From: Candidatus Xenobia bacterium
GTDB lineage: Bacteria > Vulcanimicrobiota > Xenobia > Xenobiales > QWHO01
DNA: 64,000 bases
NCBI GenBank assembly: GCA_045863235.1
Contig: BTUM01000026.1
Coordinates: forward strand, 21,468 to 85,467
Reading direction: 5' to 3'
Shown: positions 47,065 to 55,906 of the stretch, one piece after another
How positions within the stretch are numbered: position 1 is the stretch's first letter
Layout of the letters: every line of letters begins with the position of its first letter
Position numbers and translations under genes: made by a program
The notes under the pieces: generated by a model
Databases searched by the model: none
Told to the model about the DNA's origin: nothing
The model's input: the letters and a program-made list of their open reading frames with translations, nothing else

Positions 47065-48093
47065 CTACAGACGAGTCCATTCGACCACTTTGAGCGAACC
47101 TCCCTCGCGTCGCACCACGACATCGAGCTGCATGCGGCCCGGCATCTGATCGATGGCCACGCGAATGCGGAAGAACGAGCTCTCGAAACCCACCAGGCTG
47201 CCCACGCGGAAGGCCATGTCGGCGTTCATGCCCGCAATGTTGCGCAGATCCTGCTCGGATTTGAGCGGACTTTGCTCTCTCTGACTCAAGATTTCCTGCA
47301 CGACGGCCTCGTTCATGCTGTCGTCCAGGGCCAGTAAAACCTCACCCGGGGCGGTGTTGGCGTTGATTCGTCCGCCCGACCAGACGCTCATCCAATCCGA
47401 CCATTTGCTGGTGTTGGCCTGGGGCGCCAACGAAGGGGAGGCCGAGGGCGAGGGGGTGGGTACTCCCAGCTTGCGCCGAAATTCCTCGATCTCGAGCTGC
47501 CCGCCGCCCCCGAGCGAGGCCAGCGGATCCTTCTCGTAACCGCGCGGCGGTGGCAGATTGGGGGGATTTTCCCAGCCCCGCAAGTACTGCAGCTCTTCCA
47601 ATGAGTCCAGGCGAGCGTTCTTGACCAGAGCCTGGCCGTAGTCGCCCTGCTCGGCTCCCTGGGGGCGGCGCAGCGAATCCGGGTCCATCCAGTCTTGCAG
47701 CGAATCCAGGGCCAATTGCGGCGGAGTGCCGGCCCGCTCGAGAAAGCGGACCAGGGCCGAGCGCAGCTTGCGGTTGTTCTCCTCCGAGGGGGTGGCCAGC
47801 TCGTTGAGGGGGAAACGCCGATCCTCGTCGGTGATCTCCAGGGTGAACTCGCGCCCGTCGAAAGGCAGCGTCTGCTTGCCCAGGGCCCAGAAGTCCCCGA
47901 AGCCGTCGTAGTCGTTGTCGTCGGCTCGCAAGAGCTCCATGGCCATCTCCACCACCGACCGGGCGGCCAGGTAGTTGCGCTCGCGCAACTCGGCGTGGCG
48001 ATAAAGCGCCGAAGTGGAGATCCAGGCATCCCCCAGGATCGTGGCCAGGGTGATGGCCACCATCAAGATGATGAGCACCATGACGATCACCAT
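47065..48093 (-). CDS. gspK: Type II secretion minor pseudopilin K
   Basis: ITDEDRRFPLN, DWMDPD, LEELQYL, GRINANTAP. Confidence 0.9.
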   Translation of the reverse strand: MVIVMVLIILMVAITLATILGDAWISTSALYRHAELRERNYLAARSVVEMAMELLRADDNDYDGFGDFWALGKQTLPFDGREFTLEITDEDRRFPLNELATPSEENNRKLRSALVRFLERAGTPPQLALDSLQDWMDPDSLRRPQGAEQGDYGQALVKNARLDSLEELQYLRGWENPPNLPPPRGYEKDPLASLGGGGQLEIEEFRRKLGVPTPSPSASPSLAPQANTSKWSDWMSVWSGGRINANTAPGEVLLALDDSMNEAVVQEILSQREQSPLKSEQDLRNIAGMNADMAFRVGSLVGFESSFFRIRVAIDQMPGRMQLDVVVRREGGSLKVVEWTRL

Positions 48094-48695
48094 CGGCCGC
48101 TCCCCAGCCCGGGGATCACGGTCGTGGTGAAGGTGGACTCGTCATGGTAGGTCAAGAGCACCCGCACCGCTTTGGGCGGCTCGGGGGCGTCCCACTCGCG
48201 CTGGAAGATGCGCCCATCGGGCGAATAATCGAGCCGCATCTCTTTCACGCTCTTGTCCAGGGGCTTGAAAGGGGCTTCCTCCTGCTCGGTCCAGGGTCGC
48301 AAGCCTCGCAGATCGCGGGTGCGGAACTCCCGGTAGGCCAGGTAGCTCTTGCCCTGCTCATCTTCCAGCACCCGGTAGGTGGCCTCGACCATTCCCCTGT
48401 TGTCCTGGCCGGCGCTCGTGATCAGGCTCATGGCCTCCTCGGCTTCGCCCGGCAGGCGCCCTCCTTTGAGGCAGGAGCCTTCGTTGGGCACGAACAGACA
48501 GCGGATCTGCCAGCGCAGCAGCTCGATGGTGCGCAGGCGCTCCTGCCGGGCCAGGCAGGCGGAGGTGCCGAAGCGGCTGGCCCGGCTGAGCTGCACGGTG
48601 CTGTAGCCGACCAGCAGGTAGAGCAGGGCGACCAGGCCAACGACCACCACGATCTCGATCAGGGTGATGGCGCGGGTGTTGGGTCGACTGCGCAT
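48087..48695 (-). CDS. gspJ: Type II secretion minor pseudopilin J
   Basis: RA/ITLIE prepilin-like start, W..PEPPKAVRV end. Confidence 0.75.
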   Translation of the reverse strand: MRSRPNTRAITLIEIVVVVGLVALLYLLVGYSTVQLSRASRFGTSACLARQERLRTIELLRWQIRCLFVPNEGSCLKGGRLPGEAEEAMSLITSAGQDNRGMVEATYRVLEDEQGKSYLAYREFRTRDLRGLRPWTEQEEAPFKPLDKSVKEMRLDYSPDGRIFQREWDAPEPPKAVRVLLTYHDESTFTTTVIPGLGSGRW

Positions 48696-49315
48696 CAGAA
48701 GCCTCCCGACGAGGGAGCCCCGGTCGTGGAGCCACCGCCGGTGGTTCCGCCCGACAGGCCGCCTCCGCTGGTGGTTCCGCCCGACAAGCCCCCCCCGCTG
48801 GTCCCACTCGACAGGCCCCCGCCTCCGGTTCCGCCCGGCCGGGGACTACCTCCGGGCCTGGGGCTGGCTCCTGGGCGTGGAGAGGGCGAGGGGCCTGCGC
48901 CCGGGGGCTCATCCTGCCGCCGGGCTCGCAAACGATAAGCCGAGACCGTCACCGGCAACTGGGTGGTAGGCGTGAGCACCAGGATCACCGCTTCCAGGCG
49001 CGGGTCGGCCGTGGTCACCTCGGAGCTGATCTGCACCTTCCAGGGCTCCCCGTCGCCCGGCTCGCGCGGATAAGGATAGAAGTCACGAGTCTCCTCGCCG
49101 GGGGTGCGCTCGCCCAGGGCCGCTTCCAGCTCGTAAGACGCCAGCAAGAGGTTCTGAAAGCGAGGAGTCAGGCGGGCGACGCCTGCGAGCTCGAGGGCCA
49201 CCGAGCGCAGCAGCACCCCCAGCACCAGCGCAGCCAGGCCCAGGGCGACCAGAACCTCCAGCAAGGTGAAGGCTTTCTGGCTCAACCAGTGAGGGCGAGG
49301 CCGGGTTCTGCGCAC
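48695..49315 (-). CDS. gspI: Type II secretion minor pseudopilin I with Gly/Ser-rich tail
   Basis: KA/FTLLEVLVAL; first gene of the cluster. Confidence 0.75.
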   Translation of the reverse strand: MRRTRPRPHWLSQKAFTLLEVLVALGLAALVLGVLLRSVALELAGVARLTPRFQNLLLASYELEAALGERTPGEETRDFYPYPREPGDGEPWKVQISSEVTTADPRLEAVILVLTPTTQLPVTVSAYRLRARRQDEPPGAGPSPSPRPGASPRPGGSPRPGGTGGGGLSSGTSGGGLSGGTTSGGGLSGGTTGGGSTTGAPSSGGF

Positions 49316-49653
49316 CCGGCCCGGTTCCGCGACGAGTGCGCTTCTCCTTCGCGGCGCAAGCGTGGAGCTCAGGAGCGCCGAGTCGCACAGTCAAGCAGCC
49401 CGAAGGGCGCCTTGCGATCAAGGTTGCTTCAGGGCATCCATCTCTCCGTGGGAGGAACCGCGACGACGACTCTCGGGGGTCGGGCCGCTGACTGAGCTGC
49501 GCTTGAGTGCCCCAACCAGGAGCTCGGGAGCGCCCACGGGGCTCAAACATTTTCTGCTAGAACAACTTCGCCCACCCCGAATTCCCTCCCTTGCCCGACG
49601 CCTCCCCCAAAGGCGCAAGGCTCCCTGGAGCGGAGTGAGGTTCGACGAGACGG

Positions 49654-49680
49654 GTTAACAATCTGGAGCAAATTGTTAAC
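49654..49680. promoter_or_regulatory. Perfect 9-9-9 inverted repeat, candidate operator
   Basis: GTTAACAAT-N9-ATTGTTAAC in the divergent intergenic region. Confidence 0.6.
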
Positions 49681-49821
49681 GGCCGCGTAGGTTTCTTGCA
49701 CACTTGTCTCAAGTTTGGTCCAAACCCGAGAAGATAACCTCAGGTCACAACACACAAAGCTTCGTCGCACGGACTTTGCTGGACGCGGGCGAGGGAGCAC
49801 GGAAAGATGGAGGGCTCGAGA

Positions 49822-50421
49822 ATGGCTGAGGTTGCAAGCGTTGGCTCTGGTTCGGGTGGGGGATCGGCTCCCCGCGTTGAGGCTCCCCGCCCCGCTCCGC
49901 CCGCTCCGCCCGCTCCGCCCGCTCCGCCGTCAGGCGCCGGCGGCGGCACGACGCGAGGTGATCGGGTGAGCATCTCCTCTGAGGCGGGGGAGCCTGCTCA
50001 GGGGTCGAGCATTCCCAACTTCGAGGCCGCCTACCAACCGGGCGGTGCCTGCGTGGCCCCGATGCCGAACGATCCGGTGGCCGACGGACCCTTCCGCTCC
50101 GAGCACGAGCTGGTGCGCCGGCTCATGCGCGGCGAAGCTCCCACGGCTCGGGCGCTGCGTGATCGTCCCATCGACGAGATCATGACCGACATGCTCCGAA
50201 GTCGCACGCCGACCGACGCTGAGACCTTCACGGACGCGGTGCACCTCGACCAGGAGATGGCCCACGCCACCGGCCAGCCCTACCTCACCGACGAACGGCT
50301 GATGAACATGCAGATGCGATCACCCGCTCCCGTGGATGGGGCTTCTGAATCTTACGTGCGCGACCTGAACCGACTGCAGGAGATGCACCAGGCCGGCTGC
50401 ATCCCCTATCCCATGTCCTGA
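49822..50421 (+). CDS. Hypothetical protein with Pro-rich leader and DRVSIS box
   Basis: GGAGG RBS at 49809; 199 aa. Confidence 0.75.
   Translation: MAEVASVGSGSGGGSAPRVEAPRPAPPAPPAPPAPPSGAGGGTTRGDRVSISSEAGEPAQGSSIPNFEAAYQPGGACVAPMPNDPVADGPFRSEHELVRRLMRGEAPTARALRDRPIDEIMTDMLRSRTPTDAETFTDAVHLDQEMAHATGQPYLTDERLMNMQMRSPAPVDGASESYVRDLNRLQEMHQAGCIPYPMS
49891..49926 (+). repeat. 4 x 9-bp coding tandem repeat (PAP)
   Basis: CCCGCTCCG x4. Confidence 0.85.
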
Positions 50422-50469
50422 GGAGCCTGAAAACCGTGCGCCGAGCTACCCCGCTGCATCGTAAGGCGG

Positions 50470-51207
50470 TTACGCCTCCGGATGACCCGGGTTGGCTCGG
50501 CGCGAGAGGCTCACCCCGCCGAATGTAACCCGAGTGGGCGTCTGCTCGACCGCCGCCGTCCGTGCCTGAAAACTCTCCCCCAATTTTACGGCCGCAACCT
50601 GCTTGAGCCGATCAGCAGCGTCCTTGCGAAGAGAGGCTTCCTGGGCCCAGAATTGCTCGCTCTGGATAACCTCGGCTCGAGTCTGGCGGATCAGCTCGGG
50701 ATTGCGACGATTGAGCTGGTCGCAGGCCATGGTGACGGCCAAGCCTACCGTCAGCCCCAGGCCGCTGGTGTAAATGAATGCGGTGATCGGGTCCTCCTGG
50801 AGCCCGTAGAGACACCCGGTCAGGCCAGCCAGGAGCCCCGCCAGCCCGATCAACCAGGCAGACTTGCGGGTCTCCTGGTTGACCCGCTGATTGTGCGGCT
50901 CGGAAAGACCCAGCTCTTTTGGGGACGCAAGCAGATCGGAGAATCTCTGGCGGTGAGTATGAGCCAGGTCGCTCCCCTGCAGGAGCCAGGCGGAAGCCTG
51001 CAGGCTTTCTATCTCGCGATCGGCCCGCTCGTCGTAGCCCCGTAGAATGAACGTCTCCCCGGGCCTCTCCGTGGGACAGAGCAGGTCACTCAGAGTCGTA
51101 GCTCCACCTCGCTCAGTCAGGCGTTGGTCCAACTCGCCGCCCCGCCGTGGTATGGTTCCCAGCTCTCGAACCCAGTTAACCGGGTGGGCGCTCATCGAAG
51201 TTTCCAT
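50470..51207 (-). CDS. Hypothetical two-TM protein with C-terminal VxFGGxxL motif
   Basis: Two hydrophobic helices; ends VEQTPTRVTFGGVSLSRRANPGHPEA; start uncertain. Confidence 0.7.
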   Translation of the reverse strand: METSMSAHPVNWVRELGTIPRRGGELDQRLTERGGATTLSDLLCPTERPGETFILRGYDERADREIESLQASAWLLQGSDLAHTHRQRFSDLLASPKELGLSEPHNQRVNQETRKSAWLIGLAGLLAGLTGCLYGLQEDPITAFIYTSGLGLTVGLAVTMACDQLNRRNPELIRQTRAEVIQSEQFWAQEASLRKDAADRLKQVAAVKLGESFQARTAAVEQTPTRVTFGGVSLSRRANPGHPEA

Positions 51208-51373
51208 GCAGGTCAAGCTTAACCTCACCACCTTGAGATTTCCTTAAATCCATTCGGCCTTCGGCCCGCCCGGGCGGAGGAATTCGGCTCATCCCGGGCC
51301 CTTCGCTCAGCGGAAACCAATCAGCCAGCGAGGCGGCTCACTCGCTCGAGCCGTGCCTGGCCCGGTTTCTCTT

Positions 51374-51919
51374 TCAGGCCTGAGAGCCGGCCCGGCGCAC
51401 GCGCGTGCCCCCGATGGCGACGAAACCCTGTCCCTCTCGGATTCTCTCGGCTCCGTTCGGGACCAGAAGTCGCAGAGGCTGAAGCCGCTCTTCCAGCTCC
51501 CCTTGCTGACCGCGAAGCTCCCTGGCTTCGCGGGCTCTGGCCTGCGCGATCTCTTCGGTCTGGGTCCGCCACTCGCGCTCCCGGAGGTTCCCTGAGGTAG
51601 TCCGGGCCAGAAACGCGATCCCCGCGATGATGCAGGGTCCTGTGGCCATCACAGCGTCGGTGGGGAGCAGGCCCGACCAGGCCCCCAGGGCAGTCACGGC
51701 CGCCACGGTAAACGAAGTCGCGCACAGGGCCATCGGCACCGGGGAAGCCTGCGCGTGGGTGGCTTCCATTTTCTGGCTGATCGAAACGCAGTCTTGGAGT
51801 TGGCGCGACTGGTCGTCCAACTGCTCTGCCAGTGCCGAAAGCAGCGCCAATTCGGTCTCCCGGTCGATCAGGCTCAGTTGGTGAGTTTTCGTCGATGGTT
51901 GCGCAGGGTAGATCTGCAT
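51374..51919 (-). CDS. Hypothetical two-TM protein with C-terminal VxIGGxxV motif
   Basis: Coiled coil, two TM, coiled coil; ends IREGQGFVAIGGTRVRRAGSQA. Confidence 0.75.
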   Translation of the reverse strand: MQIYPAQPSTKTHQLSLIDRETELALLSALAEQLDDQSRQLQDCVSISQKMEATHAQASPVPMALCATSFTVAAVTALGAWSGLLPTDAVMATGPCIIAGIAFLARTTSGNLREREWRTQTEEIAQARAREARELRGQQGELEERLQPLRLLVPNGAERIREGQGFVAIGGTRVRRAGSQA

Positions 51920-52002
51920 CCTGGTTTTAAGTCTAGCTTGCCCAGCCTAAAAGTTCTTGAATCAGCGTCAGGTGACGGGGCCAGCAGGGCTTTACCCTCA
52001 GG

Positions 52003-52113
52003 CGGACCCGCGCCCACGTCCAAGACCCGCTCACCGCCGGTAACGCTGCGGCGCGCAAGCAGATCTCGCCAGGCAGGCATGGCCACCTCGGTAACCGGAC
52101 GCTGAACCAGGAA
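52003..52113 (-). pseudogene. Possible class I SAM-methyltransferase N-terminal remnant
   Basis: PAWRDLLARRSVTGGERVLDVGAGP resembles motif I; similarity ends immediately after. Confidence 0.4.
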
Positions 52114-52166
52114 GCCTGGTGCTCGGAACCGAATGCCCCCCCGCGCTTTGCGCGCGGGAGGATGTC

Positions 52167-53282
52167 TTGTTGAAACGCTGTGCGACTCTGGTCTTGTTGG
52201 TTCTGGTCTCGCTGGGAGCCAGGGCCTCCGAGCCGGAGGAATACCTGATCTACCGCTCTCAGGTGGCGGCCGCCGATCTGCCGCTGGCCTGCCAGTGGAT
52301 GGCGGCCGCCTATGACATTCCCGAGCGCGTGCCCCAGGAGATCCTGCTCAAGGGCTACGACTACGCCGACACGCTGACGGCGCTGGCCTTCATGAGCGAA
52401 GGAGGCTCGCTGAACCGCATCCTGGAGGTGCGCAAGGATCACCTCTGGCCGGAAGTGGCGGAGCACCTGCACATGGATCCCAAGCAGTTGCCCGAACCGA
52501 TCGTGAACATCCTCACCTTCGGGCGCAACTTCCCTCCCCCACCGGTGCTTCGCTTCATGCCCGACGTCCGGCCAGGCCTGGCCGAGAAGATCAGGCTACC
52601 GGCCTTCTCTCCCACCGTTCCCGGGCCCGAGATGGTGGAGGAGTTCCGGCTCAACGGGCGTGACATCGAGAATATTCGTTACGTGCTCAACGACCCATTA
52701 GGCGTGCCCGATGAAGACCTCTTGCTGCCCGCCGGCTACGGACTGCAGACCGGGGACTGGGTCATGGCCGGAGCCATCCAGTTCCTCAAGCCCTTTCCCA
52801 TGCAAACGGTGCTGGAAACCCGTCGAGGCGTCAAGATCGGCTGGCCGGAGATCGCGCTGATCTTCAGCCTGCGCCCGGACGTGTTGACCGAAGGTCCCCT
52901 GGCGGCCATCTACCCGGTCATGTCGGGGACCAGCTACAACGGCGTGCTGGCGGGCCGCAAGCGGGCCTGGTTTCCGGACACCCTGCCCCTGAAGTACGAC
53001 CTGGAGCGCCTGACCGTCAGCGAGAGGGCGGCCCTGGAGCCGCTCATGTGGCGCACCTACCGGGCCACCCCCGGCGAGCTGGCCCTGCTCAAGAAGTCCA
53101 AGCTCGACCTGACCGAGAGCGCCATCGCCCTGGCTCTGACCCGAATGTCCCAGATCGACCTGGAGACCTTCCTGACCCGCCACGCCCAGGGAGAGACCTG
53201 GACTCAGCTGATCCGGCGCTACGCCATCGATACCAAGGGGCAGTGGCCGCTGCTGCGCGCCATCGCCATCCGCGAGCGGTGA
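52167..53282 (+). CDS. Secreted hypothetical protein, coupled to gspC
   Basis: GGAGG RBS, TTG start, signal peptide; GTGA overlap with gspC. Confidence 0.75.
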   Translation: MLKRCATLVLLVLVSLGARASEPEEYLIYRSQVAAADLPLACQWMAAAYDIPERVPQEILLKGYDYADTLTALAFMSEGGSLNRILEVRKDHLWPEVAEHLHMDPKQLPEPIVNILTFGRNFPPPPVLRFMPDVRPGLAEKIRLPAFSPTVPGPEMVEEFRLNGRDIENIRYVLNDPLGVPDEDLLLPAGYGLQTGDWVMAGAIQFLKPFPMQTVLETRRGVKIGWPEIALIFSLRPDVLTEGPLAAIYPVMSGTSYNGVLAGRKRAWFPDTLPLKYDLERLTVSERAALEPLMWRTYRATPGELALLKKSKLDLTESAIALALTRMSQIDLETFLTRHAQGETWTQLIRRYAIDTKGQWPLLRAIAIRER

Positions 53283-54166
53283 AGGCCGCTCTCGGCAAAG
53301 TCCTGAGCTGGATCTGGGTGGTCCTGATCGCCTTTCTGGCCGCCGATCTGACCGCGGCCGCCCTGGAGCAGCGACTGCAGCTGCCCATCCCGGCCGTGTC
53401 GGCCTCGCCCTCCAGAGCCCCCTCGCCCTCCCCGGCGACGACCGCCCAGCCAGCGGCGGCCATCCCCGGCGAGCTGGTGAGCGTGCTCGATACCAGGCCG
53501 CCCGAGCCGGTCATCGAGCCGGGCGACCTCAACGACCCGAATGCCCCGCAAGCGGCTGCCGCGGCCAGCCCGGTCAACGTCCAGCTGAAGGGCACCATCC
53601 TCGGGGCCAGCGGGGTTTCTCTGGCGGTGCTCGACGACGGCAGCGGGGAGACCCGCCTCTTGAGCGTCGGCGAGCAGGTCGGCGACCTGACCCTGACGGA
53701 GGTGACCCAGCACAGTGCGACCTTCAAACGCGGCCAGGAAACGGTCGTGTTGACCCTGCTCGACTCGGGCTCGGGCGGAGGCTCGGGCGCCAACCCCTCC
53801 GCGCCGGTGGCCGTGAACACCCCGGTTGCTCCCGCCCCCAGCCAGGTGAAGCCGCCCGAGACCATGGCCGAGATGCAGGAGCTGCTCAACAATCCAGCCA
53901 CCGCCTCGGAAGGCTTCAAGCTGACCCCCATCAACCGCAAGGGCGAGTCCTACGGGGTGATGCTCGAGTTTCGCAAGCCCGGCAACCTGATGGCCGCCAT
54001 CGGACTGCGCCACGGCGACATCCTGCTCAACGTGAACGGGCGCCCGCTCAAGTCGGGCGAAGACATGTACACCGCTTACCAGGAGATGCGCAACAGCCCC
54101 ACCGTCAGCTTCGAGGTGGATCGGGGCGGCCAGGTGGTGCCCGTCAAGTTCGAGGTCAAGGAGTAG
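53279..54166 (+). CDS. gspC: Type II secretion protein C (TM, HR domain, PDZ)
   Basis: LKGTI..LAVL..GEQV HR domain; IGLRHGDILLNVNG PDZ. Confidence 0.85.
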   Translation: MKAALGKVLSWIWVVLIAFLAADLTAAALEQRLQLPIPAVSASPSRAPSPSPATTAQPAAAIPGELVSVLDTRPPEPVIEPGDLNDPNAPQAAAAASPVNVQLKGTILGASGVSLAVLDDGSGETRLLSVGEQVGDLTLTEVTQHSATFKRGQETVVLTLLDSGSGGGSGANPSAPVAVNTPVAPAPSQVKPPETMAEMQELLNNPATASEGFKLTPINRKGESYGVMLEFRKPGNLMAAIGLRHGDILLNVNGRPLKSGEDMYTAYQEMRNSPTVSFEVDRGGQVVPVKFEVKE

Positions 54167-54988
54167 TCAGGACTTCAGCTCGCGGGCCTGCTCGCGGGTG
54201 ATCTTGCCCAGAGCCAGGTCTTTCACCACCGGATCCTGCCACGAGCGCGGCTCGGCCCCGGTCAGCTTGTGCACTCCGCGCTCGAGGTGACGCCAGAAAT
54301 TGGTTCGAGCCAGGAGCGGATTGAGACTGCCGTTCACGATGCAGTAATACTCATCGAATGGCTGATTGTGGTGCTTGGCGTGATTCTCGCTGGTCTGCGA
54401 GATGCCCGCCTTCTGCAGCACGCGGGCAAGTCCCGGCGGGTTCTCCATGTGCGACCAGCGGTGGGAAGCCTGGGCCAGCACGCCGCCTCCGCAAAAGGCC
54501 AACCCGGCGCTGGCCAGGGCGTAGTGAGGCGTGAAGGCGGCCAGGGCCACCATCGGAAGGGTCATGGCAGCGGCGCTGGGCAGGATGTTCTCCCACACGC
54601 TGACCTCGTCCATACCGCTGGCCCGGTGGTGATCCTGGAACGATTTCGCTGTGCCGCCCACCAGCGGAGTGTTCTCGTCAGGATAGTTGTCGATGGACCA
54701 GTGGAAGACCCCGCTGGCGAAGTCGGCCGCCACCAGGCCTGCCCCGGCGGCTCCCAGGGCCATCGCCCCGGCCGCGATCTTGCCGGCCAGGCCGGGTTGA
54801 GCGGCCACTTCCAGAGCGATGCGCGCGGCCGTGACCAGGGCCGCGGCCTGACAGGTGCGCCCCAGCACTTTGGCCACCAGCTCGCGCCGGCCAGGCTCCA
54901 GGCTGTCTTGGGGCTGAGGCGGCTCCTCCGTGGGGGAAGAGGCGCGAGCGATGAAGGACGGGCCGGGGGCTACAGACAGAACATTCAT
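54167..54988 (-). CDS. CarF/TMEM189 (Kua, FAD4-like) lipid desaturase
   Basis: ADFASGVFHW..D, FQDHH, HRWSH, HAKHH, YCIVNG; GGAG RBS. Confidence 0.9.
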   Translation of the reverse strand: MNVLSVAPGPSFIARASSPTEEPPQPQDSLEPGRRELVAKVLGRTCQAAALVTAARIALEVAAQPGLAGKIAAGAMALGAAGAGLVAADFASGVFHWSIDNYPDENTPLVGGTAKSFQDHHRASGMDEVSVWENILPSAAAMTLPMVALAAFTPHYALASAGLAFCGGGVLAQASHRWSHMENPPGLARVLQKAGISQTSENHAKHHNQPFDEYYCIVNGSLNPLLARTNFWRHLERGVHKLTGAEPRSWQDPVVKDLALGKITREQARELKS

Positions 54989-55090
54989 AACATCTCCATC
55001 TAGCCCTATCGAATCGAAACAAACCTTAAAACAGAGCCATTTCTCCCGATCCACGAAGGATCTATCCGGGATCCCGGAGTAGCCAGTGAG

Positions 55091-55906
55091 GTGAGGCTCG
55101 CTCCCATCCTGCTCATCTTGCTGCTGGCGCTGCCCGGTCTTTCCCAGCGGGCCCACCACAAGTGCGAGGTGGAGGCCATCAAGCGATCGGATGGCTGCGA
55201 CATCTACGTATCCAACCGCTACGGGGTGGAGATCACCGTCACCATCGACGCCGAGCTCGAGAACATGCGCCCCAGCGAGCCCCTTCCGTTCACCGTCACG
55301 GTGCCCGGCCGCAAGCGCGTCATGGTGATGAGCCTGGAGCAGGACGACCCCTCCCTCTCCTGGCGCTACAACTACAAGACCCACTGGTGCTGGGGCAGCA
55401 CCGGGGTGGTCCACGACGACACCGTCGTCTACCGATTGCCCTACGCCTCGGGAGAGGCCTTCCCTGTGCTCCAGGGCTATGACGGGCGCTTCAGCCACTC
55501 GGGCGACAACGCCTGCGCCCTCGATTTCTCGATGCCCGACGGCACCCCCGTGCACGCCGCCCGGGACGGGGTGGTGGTGGATACCGAGGACGGCTACAAG
55601 CTCGGTGGCCATGACCGGAGGCTCGGGGGCAACTACGTGCTGGTCCGCCACTCGGATGGAACCATCGCCGAGTACTTCCACCTCAATCCGGGCGGGGTTG
55701 CCGTGCGGGTCGGGCAGGTCGTCCAGGCGGGCGACCTGCTGGGCTACTCGGGCCATACCGGCTTTGCCGACGGACCCCACCTCCATTTCATGGTCTTCCG
55801 GGCCGTGAACGGCCACCATCGCGAGTCCTTCCCCACCCGCTTCGCGGTCGACGGGGAGAGCGAGCCGGTGCAACTCCTGGAGGGACGCGCCTATCGCTGC
55901 CCCTGA
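55091..55906 (+). CDS. Secreted M23 family metallopeptidase
   Basis: Signal peptide; H..ALDF, GNYV, YFHL, GPHLHF. Confidence 0.92.
   Translation: MRLAPILLILLLALPGLSQRAHHKCEVEAIKRSDGCDIYVSNRYGVEITVTIDAELENMRPSEPLPFTVTVPGRKRVMVMSLEQDDPSLSWRYNYKTHWCWGSTGVVHDDTVVYRLPYASGEAFPVLQGYDGRFSHSGDNACALDFSMPDGTPVHAARDGVVVDTEDGYKLGGHDRRLGGNYVLVRHSDGTIAEYFHLNPGGVAVRVGQVVQAGDLLGYSGHTGFADGPHLHFMVFRAVNGHHRESFPTRFAVDGESEPVQLLEGRAYRCP

Noticed and set aside
49364..49534. Imperfect 16-bp direct repeat GGAGCTC(A/G)GGAGCGCC
   Set aside because: No transposase, terminal inverted repeats or third copy; not enough support for a mobile element
54167..55873. Apparent 568-aa desaturase with long N-terminal extension
   Set aside because: The extension is antisense to the M23 gene; the RBS supports a start at 54988
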